NCBI GenBank assembly: GCA_008632985.1
Contig: QPGO01000075.1
Span: 64,517-128,516, forward strand
Source of the DNA: Psammoneis japonica
Taxonomy: Eukaryota
Length of the DNA stretch: 64,000 bases
Direction of reading: 5' to 3'
Part shown: positions 10,307 to 23,008 of the stretch, in pieces
Layout: each line of letters begins with the position of its first letter
How positions within the stretch are numbered: position 1 is the stretch's first letter
The notes under the pieces: model-generated
The model's input: the letters and a program-made list of their open reading frames with translations, nothing else
What the model was told of the DNA's origin: nothing
Database searches by the model: none
Translations under genes and position numbers: made by a program

Positions 10307-13300
10307 ATGAGGTTCTCATCCTTATCTGTTACTACGGCACTGTGCATGTCAGCCAATGAAGCAGGCGCTTTTAGTTTTGGTGGCAGACATCAACCTCAGG
10401 CCTTGCGGCATCCTTTATTCCTCGCGCCGAATCCGTATGGATTGAGCGCCTGTCGAGAGCAGCAAAATCGAAACTCTGTGCAGCCACTACCAAAGAGATT
10501 ATTAACTTCGATAGCATCTTCTAGTCAATACGAACAAGATGCGGTTCACTTACAAGGCTTGAATCCGTCTCAAATCGAGGCAACGACACAACCGCTTGAA
10601 TCCATTTCTCGCGTCGTGGCGGGACCTGGTGCAGGCAAGACCAGGGTGTTGACTTGTCGCATTGCGGAATTGCTACAAAAGGATCCAGATGTCTCGAGTC
10701 GGATACTGGCAGTCACCTTTACAAAAAAGGCGGCCGGTGAAATGCATCATCGGTTGGATGGTCTTTTGCAACAGCAGCTTGAAGAGGATCGCAGGAACGG
10801 AATCATGAATGCTGAAGCAATGTCGTTTGGAAACTATGAAGATGGAAATATAGTACAAGAAGAAGCACCACCTGTTACTGATCCCACGTCGAGAAACAAG
10901 TCACCGCTCATGGACCGAGTAACCTTGGGTACCTTTCACTCTGTCTGTGCCAAGATTTTGCGATGGAATGGGCAGCAACTCGCATCGCTTCCCTCGATTG
11001 TACAGTGCAGCGCTCTCATGAAGAGCAATTCAACCTTGAATCATCCTCTGGATGGCTCGTTTGCAATTGTAGATCAGTCGGAACAAATGAGAATAGTCAA
11101 GGAATGCCTCACGCTAGCCGAGATTGATCTCAAGGGTAGTGGAGGGAAAAAGGATGTTCGTCCACTTACAATTCTCAACGCAGTGACTCACCTCAAGTCG
11201 GAAGATATCTTGGCGTGCACTGGACCCATTGTTGGTAATGATAAAGGAACGACCGAGAAGGATGAACCGGAATTTAAAATGACTTCTAGAGTCAGAGGGA
11301 TTGCAGAAGCGATTTTTCCAATGTACCGAGCAAAACTTCTTTCGCAGAATGCTCTCGACTTTGATGATTTGATTTTGTTGGCTCGAGAGTTGCTCTTTAC
11401 TGATCCAGAAGTGCGACAAAAGTTACATCGGAGGTGGAAGCACGTGCTTGTGGACGAATTCCAAGATACATCTCGCGCACAATTAGATCTTGTGAAACTA
11501 CTCACGACACGGAGTCTTTTTGTGGTGGGTGACGGAGATCAAAGCATTTACAGTTGGCGAGGGGCCAACGTGGAAAGCATGTCGGACTTTGTGGATGAGT
11601 TTGACGGACACAGAGCGCTACACGGAGTTCAGTCGAAAGAAAGAGACGACCCTCGAGATGACAGGATCAACGACATTAAAGTCAACACTGTATACTTGAT
11701 GGAGAACTACCGGTGAGCACATTTTAGATCATTCTGACATTGCGATACATTTTATTCACTAACCCTTGTCCCTTTTGCTACCATAAAGATCGACTACCAA
11801 TATCGTAAGTGCAGCTCAAAAGATTATATCAGCATCTCCTGACGAGACGCCGTCTGCGCAGGCTGCGATCCGTCAAGACATGAAGCCGATGAGGGGAAAG
11901 GGACCTACACCAAGAGTTATTGCATGCCCTGATTCAAAGGCCGAAGGTACGTCAATTTAGTTTTTGTAGTGTCTTGGGTATTCAGTTATGTGTTCTCATT
12001 CCAAGCTGTCGCTTCTTACTATGTTTCCTCCATACACTAGCCACACGTGTGGTCCAGACTATTTTGCAAATGGAGTCAGCGGGCGAATTATCGCCCGAGT
12101 CATCGATTGCTCTCATTTACCGTACGAATGCACAGTCGCGAGCACTTGAGGAGGCTTGCGTCGCTCAAAATTTGCATTATCTTGTCCGAGGTTCAGCAGG
12201 AACATTCTACTCTCGAGCAGAGGTAAAGGATTGCCTTTGCTTCCTTCGGTGCCTCTACAATGGTCGTGATCGTGCTGCATTGATTAGGGCCTTCAAGACA
12301 CCAAGTCGTGGGATTGGTGATGTTGCAATAAGAGAATTCTTTGCCTATTGCGACGAAGTTGACTCATTTCTTTCAGAGCACTTTCCAAGCGAGCCTCGAC
12401 CGACGCCTTTTGATGTACTTGTAAGTCTTGGTGATGGTTCCGTGGCGACGGATCATCCTCCACCAGAACACTTCATTTCGAAGAGGGCCTTGAATCGGAT
12501 TCTTCCGTTCGCAGGCCAAATGAAAACGATTCATCAAAAGGCAAAGGCTCTCACGGTTTCAGATTTGCTGACAACGATAATTGAAAATCTGAACCTTCGT
12601 GCTCATTTCGATTCTATATCTAAAACAAGTGCCGAATTTGCTGATAGAATGGGGAACGCAATGGAATTATGCAGTGCAGCCGAACGCTATGCTGAAGATG
12701 GTCCTTGTTTACCGGAAGTTGATGACGTAGAGAATGTATCTCCACTTGGACTATTCCTCGACGATGTCTCTCTACTCTCTGAGACAAACGACGATGATTC
12801 CATACAGTCAGACGGCGAAAATCGACTAGTCGCGAATCTCATGACAATCCATGCATCCAAGGTAAGCTCTCAGTACAAATAGGACTTGGAACCGAGGAGT
12901 TCACGAACGTTTTAAATCTGACTTTCTCGTTGGCGTTTGTGGTTGCTTGCTTGTATCTGTTGAAGGGGATGGAATTTGATGCTGTATTCCTTGTCGGCAA
13001 TGAAGAGGGCACGTTCCCAACTCAGCGAGCTATTTCAGAAGGAGAGGGATCTGTAGAACTAGATGAGGAACGACGGCTCTGCTACGTTGCGATGACAAGA
13101 GCCAAGACTTTCTTAATCTTGACGTGGAGGCGAGAAGTAATGGTATTCTTCGGGACGGGCTTCAAAGTCATTGATTCTGAACGCAGTCGATTTCTTGACG
13201 CGTTGGTGGCATCCAAGCCCACAACATCAACTAGCAAAAAGAGAGCTAAAGAAAAGCAGGTCAAACCAGTTGCCCTTGGGAGAAATAAGGCTAAACCGAA

Positions 13301-13856
13301 GGGAAATGGTGCGGTGTCGCGTACCTCCGGTGCCGGAAGTTCACCGAACAAAAGAAGGATTCGCGCAATTTTGCCAAACTCGCCTCAAGGAGATGTTCGC
13401 CGTGCCACCAACAGGAAACATGCGCCGTCGCGTACTTTAGGTGCCGATAGTTCATCGAGCAAAACGATGATTCGCGCAATCTTACCAAACTCGCCTCAAG
13501 GAGATGTTCGCGGTGCCACGAACAGGAAGCATTCTACGGCGCGGCAACAAACAAGAATTCCTCAGGATTCCCGCGACAGTGCATCGACTGTTAAAAGGGC
13601 CACGAAGAAGGTTTCGACAACGAAACTTTCAAGCAATGGGTCGTCGCCACGAGGAACTAAGAGCTTTTCCACAGCAGACCAGAGCGCTGTAGACTCGACT
13701 TGGTTTTTCCCTGTTGGCTCGGCCGTTCGGCATGCATACCACGGCGGTGGAGTGGTTTTACATCCACGAAACAGCGGGATGGTTAGGGTAGAATTTGATG
13801 GCGGCAGGGAAGTTGAAATCCCCATCGAGGATTCTAACCTCCTGCCGAAGTTTTGA
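10307..13856 (+). CDS. uvrD: UvrD/PcrA-like SF1 DNA helicase, 4 exons, predicted plastid presequence
   Basis: AGPGAGKT, VTFTKKAA, TFHS, VDEFQD, VGDGDQSIYSWRGA, ENYR|S, YRTNAQS, MTIHASK|GMEF and EERRLCYVAMTRA motifs; introns at about 11713-11788, 11948-12040 and 12862-12966. Confidence 0.93.
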
Positions 13857-14087
13857 CAAAGCATGCGGGCACGTACGTACCATAAGGGGGCAAGCTTTCC
13901 CCCCAGGGGGGTACAAAGTCTAATGCATACTTACTTTACAGTTTTTCACTTTTTCTATGTACAGTTAGTGATAGTTTGCTAAGCGCAATGCGGAAGGGGA
14001 CTCTCTTGAGATTCAAGATCAAAAGATCTCAATTCTCAATTCACATCAACGCGAATCGTCGACGACCGTTCAGACAGCGCAACAACC

Positions 14088-17000
14088 CTACAAGCATGAG
14101 TCGGGGAATTGCACTCCATCAAACGCTCCAACCACGGTGCTCTGGTTAAAAATCTTTTGATACCAGGGATCTTTCCTCATCAAATGTTGCATTGATGGAC
14201 CGCTGGAACCTGGAGATGTCGCAGATGCGGTTCGTGGTCTCGACATGCCCAGCAATCGCGACAAACTTTCCACGCCTCCGTTGTCCTCGTCCAGCTTGGT
14301 CTTGTCAGCCCATTGCTCGCATTCCTCGGCAAGGTCTTCATTCCCCATGGCTTTCGCGATAACGGCCCAAAGTTTCCAGGTCTTTGAATTTCCTCCTGGC
14401 ATCATATTCTCCATAAGCGACAAGCCCACAAAGTGTTGTGCAAGCTCGTATTCTTCACGGAAACACTCTAGTCGAGCAATAGAATACAAGATGTAGGACA
14501 GAATTTCAGAGCCATCGTGTCCACCGTTGGTAAGGCGGAGAGCGTGGTCAAAGAGGACCTCAGCACGAGAGAGATTGTCTAGATACCATTCGCAAACAGC
14601 CCACGTGTGAAATAGTTGAGCCATTCCACTTCTGTTTCCAAGACCACCGTCGGAAGAATTGGACACCGCCTGAGCACCGCGGAAAAGAATGGACTTGGCT
14701 CTCGCATAGTTGCCAAGCGACATTTCAAATTCTCCATAAAGCCGATACGGATCTGCATGCCTGTTACAATAAGATGTGAGGTTGCAAAGTGAGTAAATAG
14801 ATAACAGCGGTGCGGCAAAATGCAAAGGGACCGACTCAGCGCGCACTCACCAGCTGTTTGCCTTTTTGCAAGAATCTTCGAACAAAGACCGAGCTCGGTC
14901 CACATCGCCAGTTCTGGCAGCGTACTGCGCCCATCTCATCGACAACTGATAATCTCTAGGAAAGGCTGTAGTCGCTCGCTCGTAAACACTGTCTACTGCA
15001 TCCTGGTCACCATATCGTTCTTCCAATCGCGCCCAGTTCCTGTACACATTGACAAACTTGTCTCCCGATCTATAAGGAGGTACACGCTTTAGTAGCTTCT
15101 CTCTGATCGATTTCACACCGTTGCTGTCGTCAATGTCATCGGAAGAAAAGTCGAGGGGGATAGGCGTTGCTTCTGAAAATCGCTTCACGTCCAACGTGTT
15201 GTAACCATTTCTCGTGTTTCTTGATTGGCGATTTCGTCTGGTATTGCGTCGGCTATCTCGGTGAATTAATCCATGTTCATATTGGGCGATAGCCTCAATG
15301 TACACCTTCCGAGCATCATCAATGTTACCCTCGGCTTCTTCCATTTGTCCCCAAGCTACCCACGATCGGCTATTCCGTCCGTTATTGAGAGAAACGGCTT
15401 CTTTCAGCCAATGCCGGCATTCGTCCAAAGCTCCCTTCTCGTAGGCGACATAGGCCAAGGCGGTGTACGCAAATCCGTGATTGACCGTATTGCCATGCTC
15501 AAGACTTCGGCGATAAGACGTTTCCGCCATGTCTAGCATTTTTGCTTCTCGGTACAAATCGCCAAGAGCGTGGTGCAACCGATGATTTTTGGGAGAATAC
15601 CGAATGCCCTCCTTGAGTAGTTTCATAGCGGCTGCAATGCGACCATGGGTATGCTCTAGTGTACCGAGTGCATGGTAAGGATGAGGCAGAGACGGATCTG
15701 CAGAAATAGCCTTTTGGAAACACAGGCGTGCTTCTTCATCCTTGCGTGCCTTGAGTTCCAACTGTCCCAATCCGTGCCACAAAAAGGCATTGTTGGGATG
15801 GAGTCGTAGTCCTTCTTGTAAGACCTTCCGTGCTTGGTGTACACGCCCCTCTTCACTTTCCATTCGAGCCAATCTACGAAAAATGCGAGCGTCATTGGGA
15901 GTGGCTTCCTTAAGCTTTGTCAGAATTTGTCGACACAACACTCGGTCGCCAACTTTATCGGCTTCTTTTGCAGCAGCATACATTTGCTTGACTTGCAAGT
16001 TAGAGTATAAGGATGGGGGAGCTTCAAAAGCATCTGTCAGGGACGACACATCCTCCTTGGTGGGAGTTCGCTTGAAAACAGACTCGGCATTGTCTCTCAT
16101 AGCATTGTGTTTGGTCTTTTTCCCTTGTTCCGCTTCTCGCCGAATGGCACGACGCCGATTTAGCAAGGTGTCGAGATCAACATTGCGAGCCCAGTCCTCC
16201 AGTGAATCTGGCTGCTGTTGTTTCTGAGGAGGCTGCGATTCTTTCGGTTGCTCCTTCTTGCTGGGAGTTGAAGTCGTGGCTGATGGCTTTTTATTTCTAT
16301 TTTGGTTCTTCTCTTTGCCGTATCGACGAAAAATGGTATCAGAGTTTCTAGAATTCCCATACATGGTTCGTAGTGGCATTTTCATGTCAATGGCAGACCC
16401 GAGTGCAGAACCTCTGGCATTAAGGATTCGTTTCTGGTGCTGAAGCTGCGTCCATTCCCATATGCGATCCTGAAGCTCCTTTTTGTTTCCAGACTATTGA
16501 GTACAATTTTAATAAGTGTGAGAAACAGGTAGAACACAAAGCAGGAACAGAGTACAGTACTTGAACCACACCAACACGCCCTCTCTAAGCCTTACGTACC
16601 TTTTTCAGGTCTCGTTCCGCACAAGCCTCACGCAACTCAGTAACTTTGAGCATTTGCAATTGTGATCGGGAAGGCAGCCACGGAAACCAGGCAGGCAGCG
16701 ATGATAATTCTTGTCGCCTCCTTATATTGGATGCCAACTGGTTCTTGAGCGGAGACGTCGGTGTATCGAGTACTTCAAACCCCAGTATCATTTTGTCTTG
16801 ATCCTCAGATTGACCTTCAATTTGAGAGGAAACAGCGTGGCCGCCGTAACGATCTGAGCCTCTTCTCTTTATCAGAATTGAATAAGGAGATGTCAATTTT
16901 CCATTATCGAGAAACATACACGGTGAATCTCCACAGATGGGTGCGTCCAGGGCAGTAGGAGCAGCCATAAAATGTGGTGAACAATTCTTAGCTCGTTGAT

Positions 17001-17127
17001 GATGCAGCGGACCAGAGGGAACAAAAGCGTTGCTTCTGGCTGAATAACAACAACTCATCGCAGCCGTAGCAAAGTGCCGCCATCTCTGTGATGTTAAACT
17101 GGAGACTCGTCCTCGTCTTCTTGTCAT
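14088..17127 (-). CDS. HAT/TPR-repeat protein (HCF107/Mbb1-like) with a SAP-like motif, 3 exons
   Basis: Repeated W/Y-x-x-(W/L)-G-x-x-E helical repeats; LKVTELREACAERDLKK|SGNKKELQDRI SAP-like motif; SNA-FVP presequence. Confidence 0.8.
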
Positions 17128-17475
17128 TGTGCTGCTCTATGTATTGTGATGGCAGCTGCTGAGAATTTTCATCGCTTTCTCGAAGGGCTTCGCTGTCTGC
17201 TGCTGGCTCAGCTCTGTTGATGGAATGAAGCGATTGCCACGTGAAAGCACGAGGAGCGAATTTCGACATTTTTTTCAGCTGTCCGGAGAGGTGACGTGTC
17301 TTCTTCGATTCTTGTGGTGAATCTACGTACGATAGGAATCAGTAGAAACAGTACGACCTCTGACGCACGACGGGCGGGGGTCGAGGATCACACTTTTTTT
17401 CTTGGTGTACATAACGCTGGAGACTGGAGCATGAACTGGGTAGACCTTGCCTTTAACGCAAAAAGGTTCCGCATA

Positions 17476-17799
17476 ATGTCACTCCACAAGAAAGACACCT
17501 TTGAAATGGACATCTCATTTTCTGCATGTGCCAGTCAAACACTGAGTCGTCACTCAGGGAGTGCAGAGAGAGATGGGTGCTGTCCAAGAAGCGGCGGCAC
17601 ACCTGACACAAGGCTGAAATGGTTTTCTTAACACAGCCACTCACATAAATTGCTCACTTCCACTCACTCTTTTTTGTGCAGTGAGTTTGAGAAAAGCACG
17701 GCTGGCTCTGCCGGCCTGCGGGGCAGCAGGGCTCTTTCCAGAGCCCCAGTGGCATCAAACAATTGCAAAGTCCTTGGGGCCAATGGTGATCAGGCAACG
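17476..17799. other. TpA-poor intergenic patch, probable small repeat or TE relic
   Basis: Only two TA in about 320 bp; TG/CA-rich. Confidence 0.45.
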
Positions 17800-18098
17800 T
17801 AAAATTAACGAGATAAGCACAATTGTCGTGGCTTGTATGTGTCAGCCTTTGGTTTGCGTCACTGCTCCTGCTGCAGTGCGACAGCAAATTTTGGATTTTG
17901 GAGGTGCGTGACGTCACATTTTAGATTTCACCTACATGCATGAAGGTAATATGAAATTTTAGTCCCGTCGAGGTGCGCGATTTATCACGACTGACGACAT
18001 GCGGCCGAGCACAACGCACATCAAAAATTTCGAGAAGTCATCCGAGACACAAAGCCATTGGCGTTTCGTCCCTATTTGATACACTGGCAATCGACACC

Positions 18099-18950
18099 AT
18101 GCGCAATCATAGCAACAACGACAGTCAAGAGGAAGAATGGGAGCTCTTGTCAGATGACTGGACGGAAGCAGAAGCAGAAGAAAACTCTCAAGAGGGAAAC
18201 CACGACTCGATCGAAGATGTCGCTGACACTGAAGAACAAAATGGTGTTCCAGAGACGGAAGAACTGCCAGAAGAAGTCACCCTAAATGCAGAGGAAAAGA
18301 TTGTGGTAGAGGAAGAAGACATAATGTCAATGGATGAGAACCAGCTCTTGCTGCAAGACGAAACATGTATTGTCGAAGAAGAAGAAGAAGACACCAAGGA
18401 GGCGGTCATAGAGGAGGAGACGAAAGAAGAAGAGCTAACACCTGGCGTGCGTTTGTTGGTCGATATGGGTTTTTCCGTGAAAGACTCCAAAACGGCCTTG
18501 TTTTACAGTGACGGTGATATGAATCAAGCCGTCTCTGACCTTTCTGGAGAAGATCCGGATTGGCATCGCATGCATCGAGCAAAGAAGGATGCTGCGATTC
18601 AACTTAAACTCACTGCCAAGCAAACTGCAGAGGCGGTTGGAAAAGCAGTCGAAAGCGGCGCTGCCCACGTGAAGAAGGTGGCAAAAGATCATGACGTGGA
18701 AGGTAAGGCCCGCGTTGTGGCTCACAAGGCCAAGCTTACCGCAAGATCTGTTGGCCGGGACATTGAAAACATCAACGCAAAGTATCACCTCACGGAGGCC
18801 CTGGCTACTTTTGGAGCTGCGGTGACGGTAGCCATGTTGACCAGAGGCAATGTGAAGGCAGCTACCACCACAGCCGCGGTGGCTGGAACGGCCTTTGTCG
18901 CCGGAGAAACCATGAAGAACCATCGTCCGAGTGATCAGATGTACGAATAG
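18099..18950 (+). CDS. Acidic UBA-domain protein with an N-terminal LIR/AIM-like motif
   Basis: LVDMGFSVKDSKTALFYSDGDMNQAVSDL matches UBA (MGF motif); EEEWELL near the N-terminus. Confidence 0.75.
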   Translation: MRNHSNNDSQEEEWELLSDDWTEAEAEENSQEGNHDSIEDVADTEEQNGVPETEELPEEVTLNAEEKIVVEEEDIMSMDENQLLLQDETCIVEEEEEDTKEAVIEEETKEEELTPGVRLLVDMGFSVKDSKTALFYSDGDMNQAVSDLSGEDPDWHRMHRAKKDAAIQLKLTAKQTAEAVGKAVESGAAHVKKVAKDHDVEGKARVVAHKAKLTARSVGRDIENINAKYHLTEALATFGAAVTVAMLTRGNVKAATTTAAVAGTAFVAGETMKNHRPSDQMYE

Positions 18951-19165
18951 AAGTAATGGCAAATACTGAATCGCAGTTTCATAGTCGATATTGTCGATGG
19001 TATGCTCTAGACATACTATTTTTGTCGTTGATGCTATGAAACTTATGAAATTTAGAGATCCCCAATAGCTTTTGGCTATGCATGCATTCACTTGATGCTC
19101 CCAACCCATCGCACTTGATATGTAAACCATACTGAGTGCCTATTCGTGCTCCGAAAACCTATACT

Positions 19166-21091
19166 TTAGTTGTGACCACTTAAACAATAGCGCGAGAAAA
19201 GCAAGGACGCCCCTGCAGGAGCAACGATTCTCCAGTAACTTGTCGGGGTCCTTAAAGGCTCTTGCTTGGATCTGGCAACAGCTGCAAATCCCGAGGCTAC
19301 GCTTTGCGCAAGCGCAACCAGGACGACAGCAAGTACCACGGTGGCGAGCATGTTATCAATTCGTTGAGCAAAGACACTCGCGCCAATACCAATCGTGATT
19401 GCAAGATTGTTCGCAGCAAAAAGACGCTGATAAAGAGAAGTCGATGGTGATTTGTCTTTGGACCATGCTGTTACCAACAGGACTATCATTTCAACTGCTG
19501 TAACTCCAACTACTGCGAATGCAGCAGCTTGAGCGTACGAATTGTATCGGCTATCGAGTCCGATTATTACACTGGATGCAGCCAAGGCTACACGACAAAA
19601 CTCGTTGGCTTTGGAGGCAACCTGCAAAGATAATGTGTTCTCCTTGGAATCCCCTTGGTCCGAAGGAGATAATGACGTTGAGCTTGAGATGGGACCGACT
19701 ACAGTTGGGCTCGGCAGCGACGTTGTGGAGCTAGTATCTGGGTGTTTGCCACTTCTCCCGGAATAGTTGCTCTGGTATCGGCGGGTTCCATTACCGACTA
19801 CCAGTCTGGGTAGATAGTCAATTGACTCGCGAGCTTTCGCAACAAAGCTGACAGGAGATATGCTGCCTTCGTTAGACACACCATTTTGACAAGAATCGTA
19901 TCCTCCAAAAGAAACTAAGGAGAGCGACGTTCGCACGGTTGGAGGTGTCACCACTGTTTTGACACCAACTTGTGAATGTGGCGGCGTAACAACAGAAGGA
20001 AGATCAAGTTCGGGCGATGAAAGCCTCTCGAACGTAAGAGACTCTGGAGTCGAGACAGAAAAGTCACAACTCTCAGTATTTCCATGCACACCATTACGTC
20101 TTATTTGTTCCTCCAAGCGAGCAGCCTGGGATGCAACCGAAACAGATCGGAAGGTCGGTTCGACGCCACGTGGTTCATTCCCAACAGTTGGAGGTTTATA
20201 GACGGGGCCGTCCGTTGCAGGAGGTTCGATAAGCGAGTCTCGCAACTTCGGTAGAAGTGACGGTACTACAACAGGTTCATGGTGTACTGGATCATTAGGA
20301 GGGCTCAACTGCGAGCTTGAAGCATGTACAGATTCCGAATCTTCCCCCGATACAACATTGCCGGTAGCTGAAATTGTATCTAAGTCGATCTCTTCGTCCT
20401 TCGTAAACGAATTTTCAATGCCGTTTTTGTTCACTGTTCGCTCGGGTGTCAGCGCTGGCTCTGTCACCGCGGGAAAGGAGAGTGACTGTTTTGTCTCCTC
20501 ATTCTTCTTGGCTTCGTGTGCTGATACATCACGCTTCGTCGCAGCTTTCTCTTGCTCCATCAGCCAAGAAACAAGAGAGCTCGTCGTTGCGATTAAAAGA
20601 GCACCCTCTATACGATTTCTTTTCTTGACATTATCTTTCGATTGTCTTACTCTCGACGGAACCAAGGACTTTTCCGTTTCTTTTTCTGCCCGTGCCGATC
20701 TTTCCTTTAGCCAGAGCCAGTAGATCAAATTGTGGGTTTGTTTCCTTAGGAGAAGAGCTTCAATGCAACGATTCTGTTCCGTTCGTTCAATCAACTGCTT
20801 TGTGGCCATTTCTCGTTCTGTCGAGGATATCTTTGTACGCTTCTCTGTGACCCGCTTCACGTCCTTCCTTTCAGTGTTCCTTACTGATTCTTCAGAGCTA
20901 TTATGCTCAAATTGCACGTGTTCTTCCTTCGCCGTCTGCTTAGATGCATGCACCCCATCACCCATACAAACGCGATTTTTTAGTAAAACTTTGCGTCTCC
21001 CCCTTTCCGTAGGAAGAGACGATTGCAGCACATTGCGATATCGATCTGCCGCTTTCGAACGAGACGTCCTTCGAGCCAAGCGAGACTTCAT
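19166..21091 (-). CDS. Uncharacterised protein, low-complexity N-terminal region with several C-terminal TM helices
   Basis: About 640-codon open frame; four or more hydrophobic segments near the C-terminus. Confidence 0.65.
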   Translation of the reverse strand: MKSRLARRTSRSKAADRYRNVLQSSLPTERGRRKVLLKNRVCMGDGVHASKQTAKEEHVQFEHNSSEESVRNTERKDVKRVTEKRTKISSTEREMATKQLIERTEQNRCIEALLLRKQTHNLIYWLWLKERSARAEKETEKSLVPSRVRQSKDNVKKRNRIEGALLIATTSSLVSWLMEQEKAATKRDVSAHEAKKNEETKQSLSFPAVTEPALTPERTVNKNGIENSFTKDEEIDLDTISATGNVVSGEDSESVHASSSQLSPPNDPVHHEPVVVPSLLPKLRDSLIEPPATDGPVYKPPTVGNEPRGVEPTFRSVSVASQAARLEEQIRRNGVHGNTESCDFSVSTPESLTFERLSSPELDLPSVVTPPHSQVGVKTVVTPPTVRTSLSLVSFGGYDSCQNGVSNEGSISPVSFVAKARESIDYLPRLVVGNGTRRYQSNYSGRSGKHPDTSSTTSLPSPTVVGPISSSTSLSPSDQGDSKENTLSLQVASKANEFCRVALAASSVIIGLDSRYNSYAQAAAFAVVGVTAVEMIVLLVTAWSKDKSPSTSLYQRLFAANNLAITIGIGASVFAQRIDNMLATVVLAVVLVALAQSVASGFAAVARSKQEPLRTPTSYWRIVAPAGASLLFSRYCLSGHN

Positions 21092-22486
21092 GGTCAGTCG
21101 TGATAGACAACGAAAGTCAAGCGCATCTACGTCTTCGAGACACACACAATTTTCAACTTGGAAATGGAAGAAAGAATCGTTGATACACCGTACTACCCGT
21201 AATGCGATGTAATGATCTGTAACTTACAGGTGTTTGGTGCTAGTCTATCATTCTCCATCCATTATTTGTTGTTCTCCGGGATTAGAAAGCCTGGTCAGTT
21301 GATGGGTCTTGGCGGGAAATTCCGTTCGGCTGCGGACGGTTATTGATGCAATACTACCTGGATTGAAGGTATCAAAACTGTATGTTAACAAAACATGTCA
21401 TTTAGGACCATAAAGACTCAATTATTTATATTGTTATTCAGCTTTGAAAGACGAACGAAAATGGCGGGGGAAAATCTTGTGATGGAAAGATCCAGATAAC
21501 GCAACACGCAACACATCATTGTCAATGGTGAGCGAATCCGACATCCACTGCACTTTACTTGCACTCCAGTGCAGAGATAAAGCGATTTATGCAATCAGTG
21601 CTATAGGAGTACCGTATCAACTAGAGAAGCGCGACTTTCGATAATGTCCGTTGCCTCTGGAAGCCTTAGCGGAACGATGTCCTCTTCCATGACGCTACTC
21701 ACTGTGGGTAGTGCTGCATGCTTGGGAGAGGCAGAGTCAAGCGTACAAGCATGGAAACCGCGATGAAATGCGAAGACGTCACGAATTTCGAATCAATCAC
21801 AAGGGATACGACAGCTATTGGGGCTTATCGCTAATCTTCTCAATCAAGAAACAACGGGCGAGCTTCCGTGTCTGAAGTCTTCAGTTCTTTTTTAGTTTCG
21901 ATCACATTTAGTTACGCAAGGAAACAGTAAGAAAGAGTCAATTGAGGAAACAAGGACTGGTCGGCTAGCTAAGAAACTATGTTACACAAAACAGTACGCG
22001 ACTTGGACAAATGATGCAGTGAAACGTACAACCAGCTGTAAGTCGTACACTCACAGCTCGCAAGAATCGCGAGAAGGACCAAAGTTGAGAGATGCACCTA
22101 CTAGTATCTAATATCACAAGTCACGAGGAGGACAATAGAATGTAGCGATAAAGCGGAAAAGCATCGACACTGGTGAAGAGACTGGGTTCCAAATGTGCTG
22201 AAAGGGAGCGAAGTATGCGGAACCAAAACAAAGAGGGTCGCTTAGTAACCAGTCGAGTCTTTGTATGCCTTTGGAGACAACACAGAGAAACGAAAAGGAA
22301 ACAATCCGATTAGAAAAGAGCGACTCAGGAATCAACAGATATCTATAGAATGGGTTTAGACTGCTCTAAATTCAAGAAGGGGATCCATTCGCTTTATCGA
22401 AAATGATCCAATCTAAGATTCCAACGTATGCAAGACTTGTTAGCCTGTAAACGAAGCACGAGTGTTCTTTGCGGAAGAGAAGCTCT

Positions 22487-23008
22487 CTAGTTCTGGGTAG
22501 CACCAAAGTCAACAAGAACATCCGTGACGTCTTCAAAATACGAGTAGGGTCCCTCGCGAAGAACAGCAGCCATAGTCTTCTCGAAACGGCGATGAAGCTC
22601 GGCCGTGTCACCGGGAATCACGTCTTGGAGCTCGCGTTCCTCTCCCTCGGCAAGCTTACGGCCTCCATAGCAGAGGAAGCAGTTGCCACCGTAGACTCCG
22701 CCACCCCAGTTCCTTCCGGGGAGCTCACGGTGAACCGGGTCACTACCGCGGAGAGCACGGTTGGTTGGCTCCTGCTGAGTCTCAACAACGAAGGACGTGG
22801 CTTCGGTTTGCGGTCCACTCGCATTCGAATGGACGAGGTTGTAGGTATCGACGAGCATGTTCTGGAAGTACTCGGTCTCTTCGGGGGGCATCTCGCCCGA
22901 CGCTCCAACGATATCGAAGGTGGTGTACTCGTGAATCACCTGAGTGGCGGAGGTGGACTTGGCGGAGAGGGCAACGGCCACGAGGAGGGGGGCAAAGGAG
23001 AGCTTCAT
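22487..23008 (-). CDS. Small secreted protein with RXL sites and a CxxC motif (paralog A)
   Basis: Signal peptide; RALRG..HREL-PGRNWGGGVYGGNCFLCYGG-RKL; highly similar to 24004-24534. Confidence 0.85.
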   Translation of the reverse strand: MKLSFAPLLVAVALSAKSTSATQVIHEYTTFDIVGASGEMPPEETEYFQNMLVDTYNLVHSNASGPQTEATSFVVETQQEPTNRALRGSDPVHRELPGRNWGGGVYGGNCFLCYGGRKLAEGEERELQDVIPGDTAELHRRFEKTMAAVLREGPYSYFEDVTDVLVDFGATQN

